Of a DNA stretch of 64,000 bases, positions 50,141 through 63,904 are shown one piece after another. The notes under the pieces are model-generated. The model was not told the origin of the DNA and ran no database searches. It was given only the letters and a program-made list of their open reading frames with translations. The translations under genes were made by a program, and so were the position numbers. Origin of the DNA: Octopus bimaculoides (Eukaryota); NCBI RefSeq assembly GCF_001194135.2, contig NC_068986.1, positions 67,311,922-67,375,921 on the forward strand. Direction: 5' to 3'. How positions within the stretch are numbered: the first letter of the stretch is position 1; each line of letters starts with the position of its first letter.

Positions 50141-51714
50141 CGAGAATATACATACATAGATACATACATACATACATACATACATAAATACATACATACG
50201 CGCGCACACACATACACACACACATACACACACATATACACCCACCCCGACCCCCNNNNNNNNNNNNNNNNNNNNNNNNNNNNNNNNNNNNNNNNNNNNN
50301 NNNNNNNNNNNNNNNNNNNNNNNNNNNNNNNNNNNNNNNNNNNNNNNNNNNNNNNNNNNNNNNNNNNNNNNNNNNNNNNNNNNNNNNNNNNNNNNNNNNN
50401 NNNNNNNNNNNNNNNNNNNNNNNNNNNNNNNNNNNNNNNNNNNNNNNNNNNNNNNNNNNNNNNNNNNNNNNNNNNNNNNNNNNNNNNNNNNNNNNNNNNN
50501 NNNNNNNNNNNNNNNNNNNNNNNNNNNNNNNNNNNNNNNNNNNNNNNNNNNNNNNNNNNNNNNNNNNNNNNNNNNNNNNNNNNNNNNNNNNNNNNNNNNN
50601 NNNNNNNNNNNNNNNNNNNNNNNNNNNNNNNNNNNNNNNNNNNNNNNNNNNNNNNNNNNNNNNNNNNNNNNNNNNNNNNNNNNNNNNNNNNNNNNNNNNN
50701 NNNNNNNNNNNNNNNNNNNNNNNNNNNNNNNNNNNNNNNNNNNNNNNNNNNNNNNNNNNNNNNNNNNNNNNNNNNNNNNNNNNNNNNNNNNNNNNNNNNN
50801 NNNNNNNNNNNNNNNNNNNNNNNNNNNNNNNNNNNNNNNNNNNNNNNNNNNNNNNNNNNNNNNNNNNNNNNNNNNNNNNNNNNNNNNNNNNNNNNNNNNN
50901 GTGCGCGCGCGTGCATGTACGCACACATACATACGCATATATGTAGATCTAATTATTTTGCAATATATGCAGGCATATTTATATACTCATATATATGCAT
51001 AAACCAACGCGAGCGCACACACACAAATATATATGTGTGTGTGTGTGTGTGTTGAGGAGATAACTGAAATCTAGGAGATCATCTTATCAGCACTTCATGC
51101 AGGAACCTGACAAGCATAGTGTTCAAATAAGCTAAGGATAAGTGCTTATAATTTGGTCAGTTATAAAAGTAGCACATTGTCAATGCAAGGCATACAAATT
51201 TAAACATGGCATCTTACAATCCCCACAGAGTGAATAATAATTTTATTTGAGGAAAATAGGAGTCAAAAGCAGCATTGCATACATTTCGGTGAACGAACTC
51301 ATTTATTTCATATTGCATACGAAGTTATACAATTCATGTAATAAAATTGTCCATTCAATCCTTCACACATTTTAGATTGAACCACCATCAAGTTATGAAA
51401 TAAGGGTTATGGCTGATAGGATAGTATATTAAGTAACTGATAGAATAAAAAAATACTTACATTTTGTCCATTTGCCTTGTTGACACGCAAATGAAACGGT
51501 GAATATCCATCCGCATCATGGATTTATTTCATAAGTTGATTGTAATTGAAATTAATATGAATGAAGAGCTGAATGAACACTATAGTTATACCATGACTTG
51601 CATAGCTTTGTATGTAGTATGATATATATAGCGTTTGTTCACCGAAACGTACGTAACGTTGATTTGACTTATGCCCCTCAATTAAAACAGGTGTATATAC
51701 GTGTGTGTGTGTGT

Positions 51715-51775
<61 letters not shown>

Positions 51776-51899
51776 GTGCTTTTAGAGCAAAAGATTGCGT
51801 ACTATTGGAGCAAGAGAACGAAAATCAGGAACGGAAAAGATACATAATACGCACCATACACACTCAACATATATATGTTTGTTGTTTCTGTCGTGACCA

Positions 51900-53900
51900 T
51901 ACGATGTATCAAGATTAAATAAGGCTACATCTATTCTGTGAGCATGCAGCATCTTAATGCTTGATTGGAGGCCGAGATGGATGCTATCTGGCGCAGATAA
52001 AATGTAGTGTTTTGTATTGATTGTGCATTTCTCTATATTCGGATGGGTGTCACGGCGCAACAGAGCAATATGGTCTCGATCCAAATGCAAGACCTGTTTT
52101 ACTGCATTTATCTTCTTTGCATCTTTGCATCCAAGTGCAGTATTTCGAACTATTTCTATAATAGTTTTCTAGACTGATTCGGCATATAATTGTTTCGTTG
52201 CGGTGATTATCTCTGGGTACAGTCTTTGTGCTTCTTATGATGTGAATTAAGAACTATTTGTATTCCTTGTCTTTCGCATGGTTTGTGAATATTGTAGAAA
52301 TATAGTAATTCATAGTATTCTTCTTTTAAAATGTGGTAGCAGTGAATACAATTTACTTTATTGTCTTTTGTTTATTTTAATATATTTTAACCTTGCAAAT
52401 CATGTTGTTGATTTTAAACGATATAGTGTTACAACTTCTGGTTTTCCCTCCTTCATTTATTGGGAGTGGCGAGCGGGGATAATGGGTTAACTAATACTTA
52501 TTCAACGTTTCATGGAAGGGAGAGGATCAAATCATAACCAATTTGAAGTTGACATTTCTTGCTTTTGTATTTCTCCGTAACTTGTTTTGGTGTGGTTGAT
52601 TTTAAAATACTTGTTTTAGTATAGGTTAAAAATGTCTTGTGAACGTGTTGAAGTGAAGCTTTTGAGGGTTATCACTAAATCAAATTATGTAGTGTTTTCC
52701 TGTTTTTGTGTGGTATTTGCTAGCTTTTGTTTCTCTCGGGGATATTTTTTCTGCTATTTCTGTATTTATTTACTCGCTGTTGAGTCGTATTTCTGTGTAG
52801 TGTCATTGATTCGGTGGGGTGTATTTGGAGTCATTTCTAGATTTTATCAGAATGGTTTTTATTTCAGCAGTTATATCAGTTTGATCTAGCCTTTGTGTTT
52901 AATACTAGATTGCATGATTTAGGAATCGTATATGAATACCTTATTAGGTGCACGTATTGTAAAATCTATGTTGGAGTCTGTGTCGTTGAGCTTTGTGAAG
53001 TTTATAGGATTTAGTTTTTGTAGTGTTTCTACCGCTTTTCTAAGGAGCTTGAAAATGCTTTTTATTTTACTAAACTTGTGCGAGCGCTTTGTGAGAATGA
53101 TAGGTAGCTGATCAAAGAAGAGGTGTGAAATCGTTTACCATTTGACTAAAATACCTATATTTGTGGAGAAGAAGCTGATGTCTAGAAAATAGTCTTGTTG
53201 TCGGCTTATGAGATACTTGGATGTAATTTTGTGGATTGTTTTAGGTATGAAAAGAGTTTCATTTTGATCTCTTGTGTCACCCATAGTTGGTTCTTTTGAA
53301 ATTTTCCCGACTGATGTTTGTTTTAATTTTATTAAAGTTTCAAAGATAGACTGTGTAAAATTGGTGAAATGGTCGATGTATTTGAACGAAATACGTATGT
53401 ATTCCTGAGTCAGCTGGATTTATTTCAATGTCGCGAACTGTACATTAATTGAACATTAATAAATGTACAATAAATAGTTTGTAGTATCTCTGTGTTGTAA
53501 GTGTGAATGTTATGCATGTTATGAGGTCTTCATGGTAGGTTGGCCTGTGAACCTTTATCAGTGTATATTTGAAGATTTTAGACGTTCTTTACTGAACCCG
53601 CATTTACTTCACTTCTTCCTTCATGTTCTTTCTATTATTGAGGTCATGTTTAGTGTTCTTTGCTGCGTTGTATTTGTTTCCCTTCTGTGCATACCAGGTG
53701 TGTTTAGGTTTTTTGGCATGTTTTTACCTGATGTCGATTTGCAATTTTGGGTGTTTTACGTAAAGGCATGTAGTGGTATTTAAGATACGTTGCAAATATT
53801 AGAATGACTTTAGATGTTTTGTTCTATATGTTTAACTGTGTGTCAGTGTAGTGTTGGAAGTGTTCGTACCGAAGTATTTTGTTTCTCGTTTCTTGCAGAC
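51900..53900 (-). mobile_element. Old APE-type LINE relic (putative ORF1 region plus start of endonuclease)
   Basis: 2-kb G/T-rich plus-strand skew. Minus frame EIVRNTALGCKDAKKINAVKQVLHLDRDHIALLRRDTH...HAHRIDV resembles the APE N-terminus (xWNxxGL...IALLQETH). Clade not resolvable. Confidence 0.5.
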
Positions 53901-53989
53901 CTGTCACTTTTATATTGACATATAACTGTATGGATTCTTAATGTTTGGCTGCAATAGAATTCTGTGATGGATATTCCCCTTCAATTCTA

Positions 53990-54043
<54 letters not shown>

Positions 54044-54074
54044 TCGATCATGACTAAGTAATGCAGTAACATAA

Positions 54075-54665
54075 CATAGTCATCAATATATCCAATTTAA
54101 AAATGTCATAGTGACTTTTTCTACAGTTCTTTATCTTCTCATCATAACATCTCTCTTGCGATGCCATCTTACCCAGGAGCTTTATTTGTTTTCTTCGGTT
54201 GGAGGAAATATTTAATTTCAATGATCAGATTAGGTGGCACTTCTTCCAACATTTTTGGCTGTAATTTAAAAAGCATAGTGTAGAAAGAGTTTTATAGTTG
54301 ATCCGTCCCGCCTTTGTCTGTCATCATGAATCTATTCTTGTTTTTAAGCACCGTCACCTCGGACTTATAGAGTGCCAGCCTTCCCCTGCGTCTTTATAAA
54401 CTTTTTTCATTCCTATGCAGCCTCATCAATTTCTTCAGTCATTTATCGAAGTTATTTCTTAGATGTTATCTAATTACTTTGCAGAGAACGATTTCCTTGA
54501 GGTTCTCTTTCACGTTACTCTTCTTAGTTTTCCGTTTCTCTAGAATTTTTTGACCTTTTCTCCGAGATTCAACCACTTGGCTCCCGCTGGCTTGCAGTTT
54601 TTGTTTTCCATATGCAGCTTTTAATTTCCTGGACCAGCAAACATTAGTCCTTATTGAGCTCTTCA
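54075..54665 (-). mobile_element. RTE-clade LINE internal fragment (EN-RT linker to RT domain 0), inverted
   Basis: LALYKSEVTVLKNKNRFMMTDKGGTDQL*NSFYTMLF...LEEVPPNLIIEIKYFLQPKKTNKAPG*DGIAREML. Confidence 0.8.
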
Positions 54666-54667
54666 AG

Positions 54668-55240
54668 TTGACTCCAAATATGCACAGAGATATGGAAACT
54701 TACATCTCAAAGAGAATAAGTGCAGGATGGAAGGCGTTTAACTCAATAAAAGATGTGTTCAAACCAAAGCTAGACAATATCTTACGTGACAAACTCTTCA
54801 ATAGCACCGTCCTACGCTCTAATACACAAGTAAGACGTGGGCCTCTACGAAGAGGATAGAACATGGATGGGCTACGACGCAAAAGGCCATGAGAGGGTCC
54901 ATGCGAGTAAAACCTTAACGAGAACATATTCGGAATGAAATAATTCCAGAAACGGACAGAGTGAACGATGTGATCACTGAATACTGAAAACACAAGTTTC
55001 GTTGGGTCGGACATGTCGCAAGGTTCACAGACAGCAGGAGGACCAGTGCAGCTGCCGAACTGTATCCAACAGATTAGAAAAGGCCACTTGAAAAGTTACC
55101 ACGAAGATGGGAAAACGATTCAGTTAAGCGATTTGGGTCAAGATGGAAAAAAATGGCACAGTCAGGACAGAATTAGAGGTGCATTGTGACCAGGGGTGTA
55201 TATCAGCATCTGATGTCCAGTCGAAACTGTGATACAACGC
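54668..55240 (+). mobile_element. RTE-clade LINE 3' end
   Basis: ISKRISAGWKAFNSIKDVF...KLFNSTVL...TQKAMR...EHIRNEII...KFRWVGHVARFTDSRRT...KRPL..LPRRWEND...RWKKMAQ. Confidence 0.88.
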
Positions 55241-55936
55241 TGGTCACAATGCAGCTTCAGTGCCAACTTTTACTACATCCTCCCACCCAACAACCTGACC
55301 GATTTCTAATCGCTACGTGGTGTATTTCTTGTCCTTATGTAGTCAATTTTTTGTTCGCCATGCGATATTTTCTCAGTTATCCATATACTAGTATCAAACT
55401 ACGACACCACGTGACATTCCTCGACCATTCGCAGTCCACCTTACGTTAATAACTTCTGTTATTCAAATTCAAAATGGGTGACGGCTAGCATCACGCTTGA
55501 AACTCAAGTGTACCAACGAATTTGAATCAAACTGTTTTGATTCATACATGCAACTCCTTATAAATTGGTTGAGTGCTCCTCTTTCGTTTCTCCACTCATA
55601 TATATATATATANNNNNNNNNNNNNNNNNNNNNNNNNNNNNNNNNNNNNNNNNNNNNNNNNNNNNNNNNNNNNNNNNNNNNNNNNNNNNNNNNNNNNNNN
55701 NNNNNNNNNNNNNNNNNNNNNNNNNNNNNNNNNNNNNNNNNNNNNNNNNNNNNNNNNNNNNNNNNNNNNNNNNNNNNNNNNNNNNNNNNNNNNNNNNNNN
55801 NNNNNNNNNNNNNNNNNNNNNNNNNNNNNNNNNNNNNNNNNNNNNNNNNNNNNNNNNNGATATGCACCTATACATACAGGTGGATGTCGGTATGCACATA
55901 CCTGTACGTATATATGCATATACTCATTTACTGTTT

Positions 55937-55974
<38 letters not shown>

Positions 55975-55976
<2 letters not shown>

Positions 55977-56333
55977 CGTGGCACTCCGTCGGTTAGAACG
56001 ATGAGGGTTCCAGTGAACCGATCAATGGAACAGCCTGCTCGTGAAATTAATGTGCAAGTGGCTGAGCATTTAACAGACACGTGCACCCTTAACGTAGTTC
56101 TCGGGGAGAGTCAGCGTGACACAGAGTGTAACAAAATTGTCCCTTTGAAACACATGGACAACAGAAACAGGAAGAAAGAGTGTGATAAAGTTGTGGTGAA
56201 AGAATACAACAAGGTTCTCCAGCACCCGCTGCCGGAGCCACGTGAAGCTTTTGGTGTATTCACTCAATAAACACTCACAAAGCCCGGTCTGGGAATCGAA
56301 ACCGCGATCCTATGACCGTTGCTCTAACCACTG
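55975..56333 (-). mobile_element. tRNA-derived SINE, family C
   Basis: Minus strand starts CAGTGGTTAGAGC (A box)...GGTTTCGATTCCC (B box), has a long body, and ends GCTCAGCCACTTGCACATTAATTTCACGAGCAGGCTGTTCC...CCGACGGAGTGCCA into (TA)n. Confidence 0.88.
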
Positions 56334-56640
56334 TTGACTGCGGCCATGCTGGAGCGCCGCCTTTAGTCGAGCAACTTATTCCTTGTAAAGACTTATTCCT
56401 TGTAAGCCTAGTGCTTATCCTATCGGTCACTTCTGCCGAACCGCTAAGTTACGGGACGTAAACACACCAGCATCAGTTGTCAAGCGATGGTGAGGGGACA
56501 AACACACACACGACGGGTTTCTTTCAGTTTGGTCGGCCCGAGGCTATAGTAGAAAACACTTGCCAAGGTACCACGCAGTTGGACTGAACCGGGAGTAGTG
56601 AGGTTGGTAAGCACAAGCTACTTACCACACAGCCACGCAT
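56334..56640 (-). mobile_element. SINE family B
   Basis: Reverse complement of family B head and tail (GTGGCTGTGTGGTAAGTAGCTTG...GGTGCTCC-type tail GCTCCAGCATGGCCGCAGTCAA). 15-bp internal duplication ACTTATTCCTTGTAA at 56374-56388 and 56391-56405. Confidence 0.9.
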
Positions 56641-58290
56641 ATGCCTATATATATATATATATATATACACTGGAGCTTTATTTTCAAGTAAGCATATCTG
56701 ATAATAATTTTGCAGACAGAAATTTATCCATGGATCGTGGACCATGGTAGTAGAGAAGTAACTTTTGTCGCAGATGCCGTTTAACCCCATAATAACCTGA
56801 ACAAATAGACCTACGACCAATGGCATTCATTTTAGTCGTACCTATTCTATATCTCTATGGATATCTAGGACTTATGCAATGTGCTTTTTATGATGAGAGG
56901 AAATGTGCGCATTTAAGGGAGACTTAGCAGCAGGTCAAGTGACCAAGTACAAATTCTTTCGATTATTTCAGAAGTGATAGCCTTTCGAATTACAGGTTGG
57001 TATACTGAAAGCTCAGATTGCTATCGTTGTTGTTATTTGATTACAGTACAACAAAAAAGTGTCTATTAGATAGTCGATGTATTTAATTCAATGTTTTGTT
57101 GGATTTAGGATCTTGACGTGTTTCAGATGACATTTATCTCTCCAGGCCCAAAAGATTAAACTGTATTATACATTAGCGGTTCATTGACAATACTATTTAT
57201 CTCATGCTAGCCCAATTCATCTGAGATGTATAATATAATTGCCTTAGGAATTCTTTCCAAGTTTACTTTTCTCAATTGACGAAACAATTTCTCTAATTTC
57301 TGTCTTCAAGATATTATGTAAATTGTATTTGAAGCAGATGCGTCTGATAAAACACGCGACAACTCAATATCACTATGGCTGGCCTACTTTCTATTTGAAA
57401 TATTTCTGCTGTAGGAATATATTGCAACAATTGGTAGGGAAAAAAGGATATAGACTGTGTGCTAAATCATTTACGTAGCTTTTCTAATACAAACATTAAT
57501 GAAATGAAGCCTGATTGATTCTCCCTGACAACAAACCTTCCATTTGCCATTGTTTAAAAATGTAAGTTGCTTGTGTGATAATTGTAAGGAAATCTCTTTT
57601 TGAAACAAAGAAACAGCATGAAAAAAAAAATGCTTTCTGGAGTCAAGGTTAGTCTTGAGTTACTAACACTTGGTGAACTTCTAGAACAAATTTTATCTGT
57701 TTCTGTCAGCAGATATGCTTAATGGAATAACTTATGATTGCGATCGTCAATTTAATTTTACTTCCTGCTCCAATAATGATATAAAATGATTTCTTTTAAC
57801 AATTTAGCGAATTTCTAGCAAGGTCACCCACCACCTATACTCACTATCTATAATAATAAGAATAATCAATATTTAAACAAATCAGAATTGTGTTGATGTT
57901 GGAAAGTGATTGCTTGTTTATAGATAGTATATGCGACTAGTACAACTTCCTCTATAGAGTCAAATGTTTTCTCGGATTGTAAACAACATAGGTTATGATG
58001 TTCTCGGGTTCCAGTTAAGAGTATGTAAAGCTCAATAAACACGTGCTACAATAAATATCGGAAGAGTATTTAACTCATTTTTTCAAATTTATTGATTTGT
58101 TCATTTCATGATTACAACGGACAGTGACCTAAATTACAGACTCACAGATTAATTCAAATATGGTTTATATACATGTGTGTGTGTATGTGTGTATGTACGT
58201 ACAACACTATAACACACACGTACACACATATAATGTATACATACATATATGTATATATATGTATATAATGCATGTATATTTGTTTGTATA

Positions 58291-58327
<37 letters not shown>

Positions 58328-58989
58328 TTTATAGCCTTGCGGAGATGGACCTGCACTAGACTGTTAGTAATTCTAGACTAACACACATAGATATAAGTGA
58401 ATGTAAATATGCTCCTCCTGCTTCACCAATGCAAATTGAAATTGAAGTATACTGTTCATTGGCTTTTGAACTTAACAATGCGTTATGGCTTTGGGACATA
58501 AGCAACATTAACTCTTATTTTGCCCTTCCTCGCATTCCTATTGTTTTTTTATTTATTTTTTTGCGCTAGCTTAATATTATACACTATTCTCGGACCACTG
58601 TCATATCTGGTGCGTAAGTACTGGTTTATGGCCACTGAATTTTTTTATTCAGATAAGAAAATAAAATCTGAATGGAATGTGTATTTTTGTAGAACATATG
58701 TTAGATTTAATATTGAATATTTAATACTGACAACGGCTGACAGCTGTTGAAAAAAGATGGATTTTATTTGTCTGGTCCGAAAATACAAACATATTGGATT
58801 TGCATAGAAAACATCTGTCGTAGAGACTAGAGAGAGAGAGATAGAGAGAGGGGGGGAGAGACAGAAAGGAAGGGGAAATATAAAATTATATCAAGTTATC
58901 ACGTGATAAATTGCGAACAAGACTAAGGAGTGTGCATTGTTCCGAATCTATATATAAAGTGGTCGATTTCTTCGGAATAGAAGAAACAA

Positions 58990-59017
58990 GAGTGGCAGCA
59001 GCAGCAACAATAGTAGC

Positions 59018-59086
<69 letters not shown>

Positions 59087-59090
59087 TTTT
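58990..59090. repeat. (GCA)/(GTA)n trinucleotide repeat
   Basis: Directly visible. Confidence 0.95.
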
Positions 59091-59591
59091 GTAACCATAA
59101 TCGTAGATCTAACAGTAGTTACGAAGGTAGTTACATTAAGTAAAATAACAGCGATATCGAACTCACAGCAAGAATAAAAATTCATCATCAATCATAATAT
59201 CGTTATTACTGATGCAGTTGCAGTAGGAACAAACGAACAGCAGTAACGGAAATAACAATCAGCTCAGTAAATATCGAACACAAATACAAATGACTTCTCA
59301 CAAGGTTCTAGCATTTTTAAGTGCATATTTTATTCGGATATGTTTTCCCATGTAAACAGTGGCAGGTAATCGTAGTTTGATTGCCATGGACAACTATTGA
59401 TTTAGACTCCATCAGTAATATCCATTTATTTCGAAATAGTAGAAACCATTAAGTTTCAAAATCTACGGACATATTGCCTAAAAGTTACCAATATTCGCTT
59501 GTAAAATAATGAAGAATTAGGTTCTTTTCAAACTTTTAACTTGAACTGTGTTTTCGTTTTCGGGCATTTTTATTCAGCTTGGCTGCCAAAT

Positions 59592-59635
<44 letters not shown>

Positions 59636-59947
59636 TTTTGATTTCTTAATTCAATTATTTGTAGTTTATATCTTTGAGAAGTATTTATGTTATCTCGTTC
59701 GCTCCATTATTCATTTCTTTCTCTATCTCTCTATCAGTAGTTTCTCACTTATCTCTCTAACTTCCTCTCTCTCACTCCCATTATCTTTTCGTCGATTACT
59801 CTCTGGATAATTATGGTCTTTTCCATCTGCTTTTATTTCTCTTTATATGTCCCAATTCTTTCATTCCATCTCAGCTTCTCTCACAACATACTACATCTTC
59901 TTATGCTCTCCCCACATTTATATACATATACATATATTTACACACAC

Positions 59948-59978
<31 letters not shown>

Positions 59979-60197
59979 GATATCTATGCACACACACACA
60001 TACATACACATATGTATAATGGATGTCACTCGTGACCGAGGAAGACCGCAACTGACCATTAAGACTATTGTGCACTCAACCAAATTTATAATTTACACTT
60101 GTGACTCCGCTGTGACTAACGAGCCTGGTTCTTGATAATCATAAATGTCCGCATACATACACACACACACGCATACACATGTTCGAGCGCGCGCACG

Positions 60198-60241
<44 letters not shown>

Positions 60242-60852
60242 NNNNNNNNNNNNNNNNNNNNNNNNNNNNNNNNNNNNNNNNNNNNNNNNNNNNNNNNNNN
60301 NNNNNNNNNNNNNNNNNNNNNNNNNNNNNNNNNNNNNNNNNNNNNNNNNNNNNNNNNNNNNNNNNNNNNNNNNNNNNNNNNNNNNNNNNNNNNNNNNNNN
60401 NNNNNNNNNNNNNNNNNNNNNNNNNNNNNNNNNNNNNNNNNNNNNNNNNNNNNNNNNNNNNNNNNNNNNNNNNNNNNNNNNNNNNNNNNNNNNNNNNNNN
60501 NNNNNNNNNNNNNNNNNNNNNNNNNNNNNNNNNNNNNNNNNNNNNNNNNNNNNNNNNNNNNNNNNNNNNNNNNNNNNNNNNNNNNNNNNNNNNNNNNNNN
60601 NNNNNNNNNNNNNNNNNNNNNNNNNNNNNNNNNNNNNNNNNNNNNNNNNNNNNNNNNNNNNNNNNNNNNNNNNNNNNNNNNNNNNNNNNNNNNNNNNNNN
60701 NNNNNNNNNNNNNNNNNNNNNNNNNNNNNNNNNNNNNNNNNNNNNNNNNNNNNNNNNNNNNNNNNNNNNNNNNNNNNNNNNNNNNNNNNNNNNNNNNNNN
60801 NNNNNNNNNNNNNNNNNNNNNNNNNNNNNNNNNNNNNNNNNNNNNNNNNNNN

Positions 60853-60893
<41 letters not shown>

Positions 60894-63809
60894 GTAAGTA
60901 TGTATGTATGTATGCACTTATTTAAACCCTGTTCTTATCTCCCTCAAACTTCACTTGCCACTGTCAGTATTTGTTTATTTGCCTGTATATCTATCTTTGT
61001 TTTTCATTCTCTTTCTTCTCTCTATTGTTACATATCCTCTCGTTCTTTTTATGCAACAGCTTCCAACCTCATTACTCATAACTTTCCTCTCTCTGTCTTC
61101 TTTCTATTTATTGATCTATCACCTATCGATGACATTTTCATAACTGAAATATATACACAGTTTATTTCAAGCATAACTCATTCACGTTCACACACAAATT
61201 GAATGTAGGATAAGCGCCAGAAATGACCACCAGGTTTACAAAAATTAATAATAAGTATCGTATAAAAATACAAACGGCAAAACAAGGGAATTGTTAAGAA
61301 CAACACATAAAGACATCTCAGTCTAAAGCTGAATATCAAAAAGTCACGCGTCTGTAGGAGAAACGTGAACTAATTTGTGGCAATATTACTAGTGCAATAA
61401 TCCTCTATTTTTCTTTTCTTTTCTGTACATGTTATATTTTATCATATTTTTTTTAGTTTTCTACAATTAATTTACTTGTCTGCTGGCTAATACCAAGGTT
61501 TGATCGCTGATTTTGCTTAACATTAGAATGATACATCAACAGAGCACAATTTAATTTCAAAGGGGTTAAATATTGATTTTCAGAGAAAGAAAAATGACAG
61601 TATATGATATTGATGTTATTCTAACAGCATTTATTGCAAACCAAGCCAAATTCATACGAAATGTTTGAAACAGGGATTCAAAAGCCGATATTGACTCTTC
61701 TTTTTTGGATACTTAGTGCTATTGTACATGAGTCTCGGTGAGAAGAAAGGTTCTATTGTAGTGATTACATTGTTTGCAAAGGTATTAATATCTATATAAA
61801 ATATAATGGCTTTTAAGGGGGAACTGAAACCAATGGACGTAAAATGAGGTATGTCGTTCTCTACAAGTGTGTCTGATGTTATACATCTTTAGAAGCAACT
61901 TTTGTAGAAGCCATTTTAAATGAAGGTCCCAATAAAAATGTGTCAGTCAAAAGTATGGGTATAGTCGATTAAAACCGATCCTAGGACATCATTGGTACTT
62001 AATTTACACGGCAGAAAGGAATGTCAAAATAACGATTTTTCATTTATTTTGATAGAACTTCTCTGAAAAGTGAAATGATTAGTAGGTCGAGTCGACTTTA
62101 ACATACTTCGTATCTGTACTATCGATCACTAAAATTAAAAATTTCTTATGAAAGCAGATGTAAATACGTTTTCGCGTTTGGATAATCGCTCTCTCTCCCT
62201 CTCATTTTCTTTCTCTCTCTCTCTCTCTCTCTTTCCTTCACACAATATATGCATACATACCTAGATCTANNNNNNNNNNNNNNNNNNNNNNNNNNNNNNN
62301 NNNNNNNNNNNNNNNNNNNNNNNNNNNNNNNNNNNNNNNNNNNNNNNNNNNNNNNNNNNNNNTATATATATTTAATATACATATTTAATTTGTATGTTCA
62401 ATCTTTCTGTGTGTATTTTGAGTACACATGTGTGTTCGCTTGTATATATATCTATATATCTACCCATAAGTTCCTATATGGTGTAATTACAATATTAAAT
62501 CTATTTTTCTATATGTGGAGTAATACTTTATGCTTAGGTTTGAAGTAGGAGAGGTATGTTGATTTAAAGAAAGGTCACGTCTAAGGGGATTATCTAGTTA
62601 CAACGTGTCAATCTTCTTAAAGCCACTGACGAGAACGAGGAAGATAGGCCTCCTTCACTGTGTAGTGTTTTGACTGCTGCTTATGAAGATCTAGACCATT
62701 ATCTGTGCACTTTTATAACGTCTGAGTTATTTGTGTCTGAGTGGCATTGCAGTGCTTTAACTCTTCGAAAGTAATTACAAACTGAACAAGATCAGAAATA
62801 ATATAACAGCAGTCTCTATTTTGGGATTTTTTAAAAAATATAGGCATAAAAATATTTCTAAAGAAATGGGAATAAATAAAATCTACTGAAAATCTGTGAA
62901 ATTTAAAAGGACACTTGAAATTTATGTCTATTGAATTTAAATCTTAATTTATGAAAGATAATGCCAATAGTTCCACATTTCTAACAAAGAGCAACAGGTA
63001 GGTATCAATAAGTCGGTTATATCATAAAAGATATCGTTCTAACAGTATCCTTTTTAATTGTTGCTTTTTCCGGGGTTTATATCCTTCACGACTATATAAT
63101 TGATACATGCATATGTAAACGCTCATAGGTGTGTGCGAGAATGTTTGTAAGTGTGTGTGTGTGAGTGTGTGTGTGTGAGTGTGTATCTCTCTCTCCCCCC
63201 CTCTCTCTCTCTATCTATTTATGTATCTATCTATCTAAGATATATAGCTACACACACATGCATATATATATATATATATATATAAATGTGTGTGTGTGTG
63301 CGCGTGTGTATACGTGTGTGTGTGTCCACATGCATGATGATATTGCGCATAGTTTCTTCCTATCAAACGCCACTTATCTTGAATATTTATGTAAAATCAG
63401 GCTACGATAGAAGACACTTGTTGAAGATGCTGCGCAATGGGATCAAATCTAGACCAACCTCATACATTACACAACAGATCTACTCACATAATCAATATTT
63501 ATGATGGATGTACAGATAATATCAGATCACAGAAATAAGTTTAGGATATCTAAAGTTGTGGTTAATTCTGGCGGTCGCTACTATGTTAGTAAAAAATGTT
63601 CTATAGATAAAAAATTAAAGTATCATTTCAAGCCGGCATTATTTTACTAAAAGAAATTTTGTTTTAATCGATGTATATATATTTAGCAACAGCAAAATCA
63701 AAGATGAGTCTTGTACGGAATTATTTGTAACAATAATGGTTGTTTTTTTCTTTATTATTATCTAAACGCTACGGTAATATATAATAGTGAAACAACAACA
63801 CCAGCGCTG

Positions 63810-63834
63810 CTGCTGATGATGATGATGACGAGGG

Positions 63835-63904
<70 letters not shown>

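Noticed and set aside
56291-56333. tRNA-like A and B boxes (also in SINE A and B heads)
   Set aside because: No complete cloverleaf; continuous with SINE bodies, so not tRNA genes.
57311-57433. 123-nt plus-strand open segment between acceptor-like and donor-like sites
   Set aside because: Amino-acid composition typical of random AT-rich DNA; no domain recognised.
65-63504. ORF-track entries rich in HT/CV/YI/X or homopolymer runs
   Set aside because: Translations of (CA)n, (TG)n, (TA)n, trinucleotide repeats and N-gaps; no protein signal.
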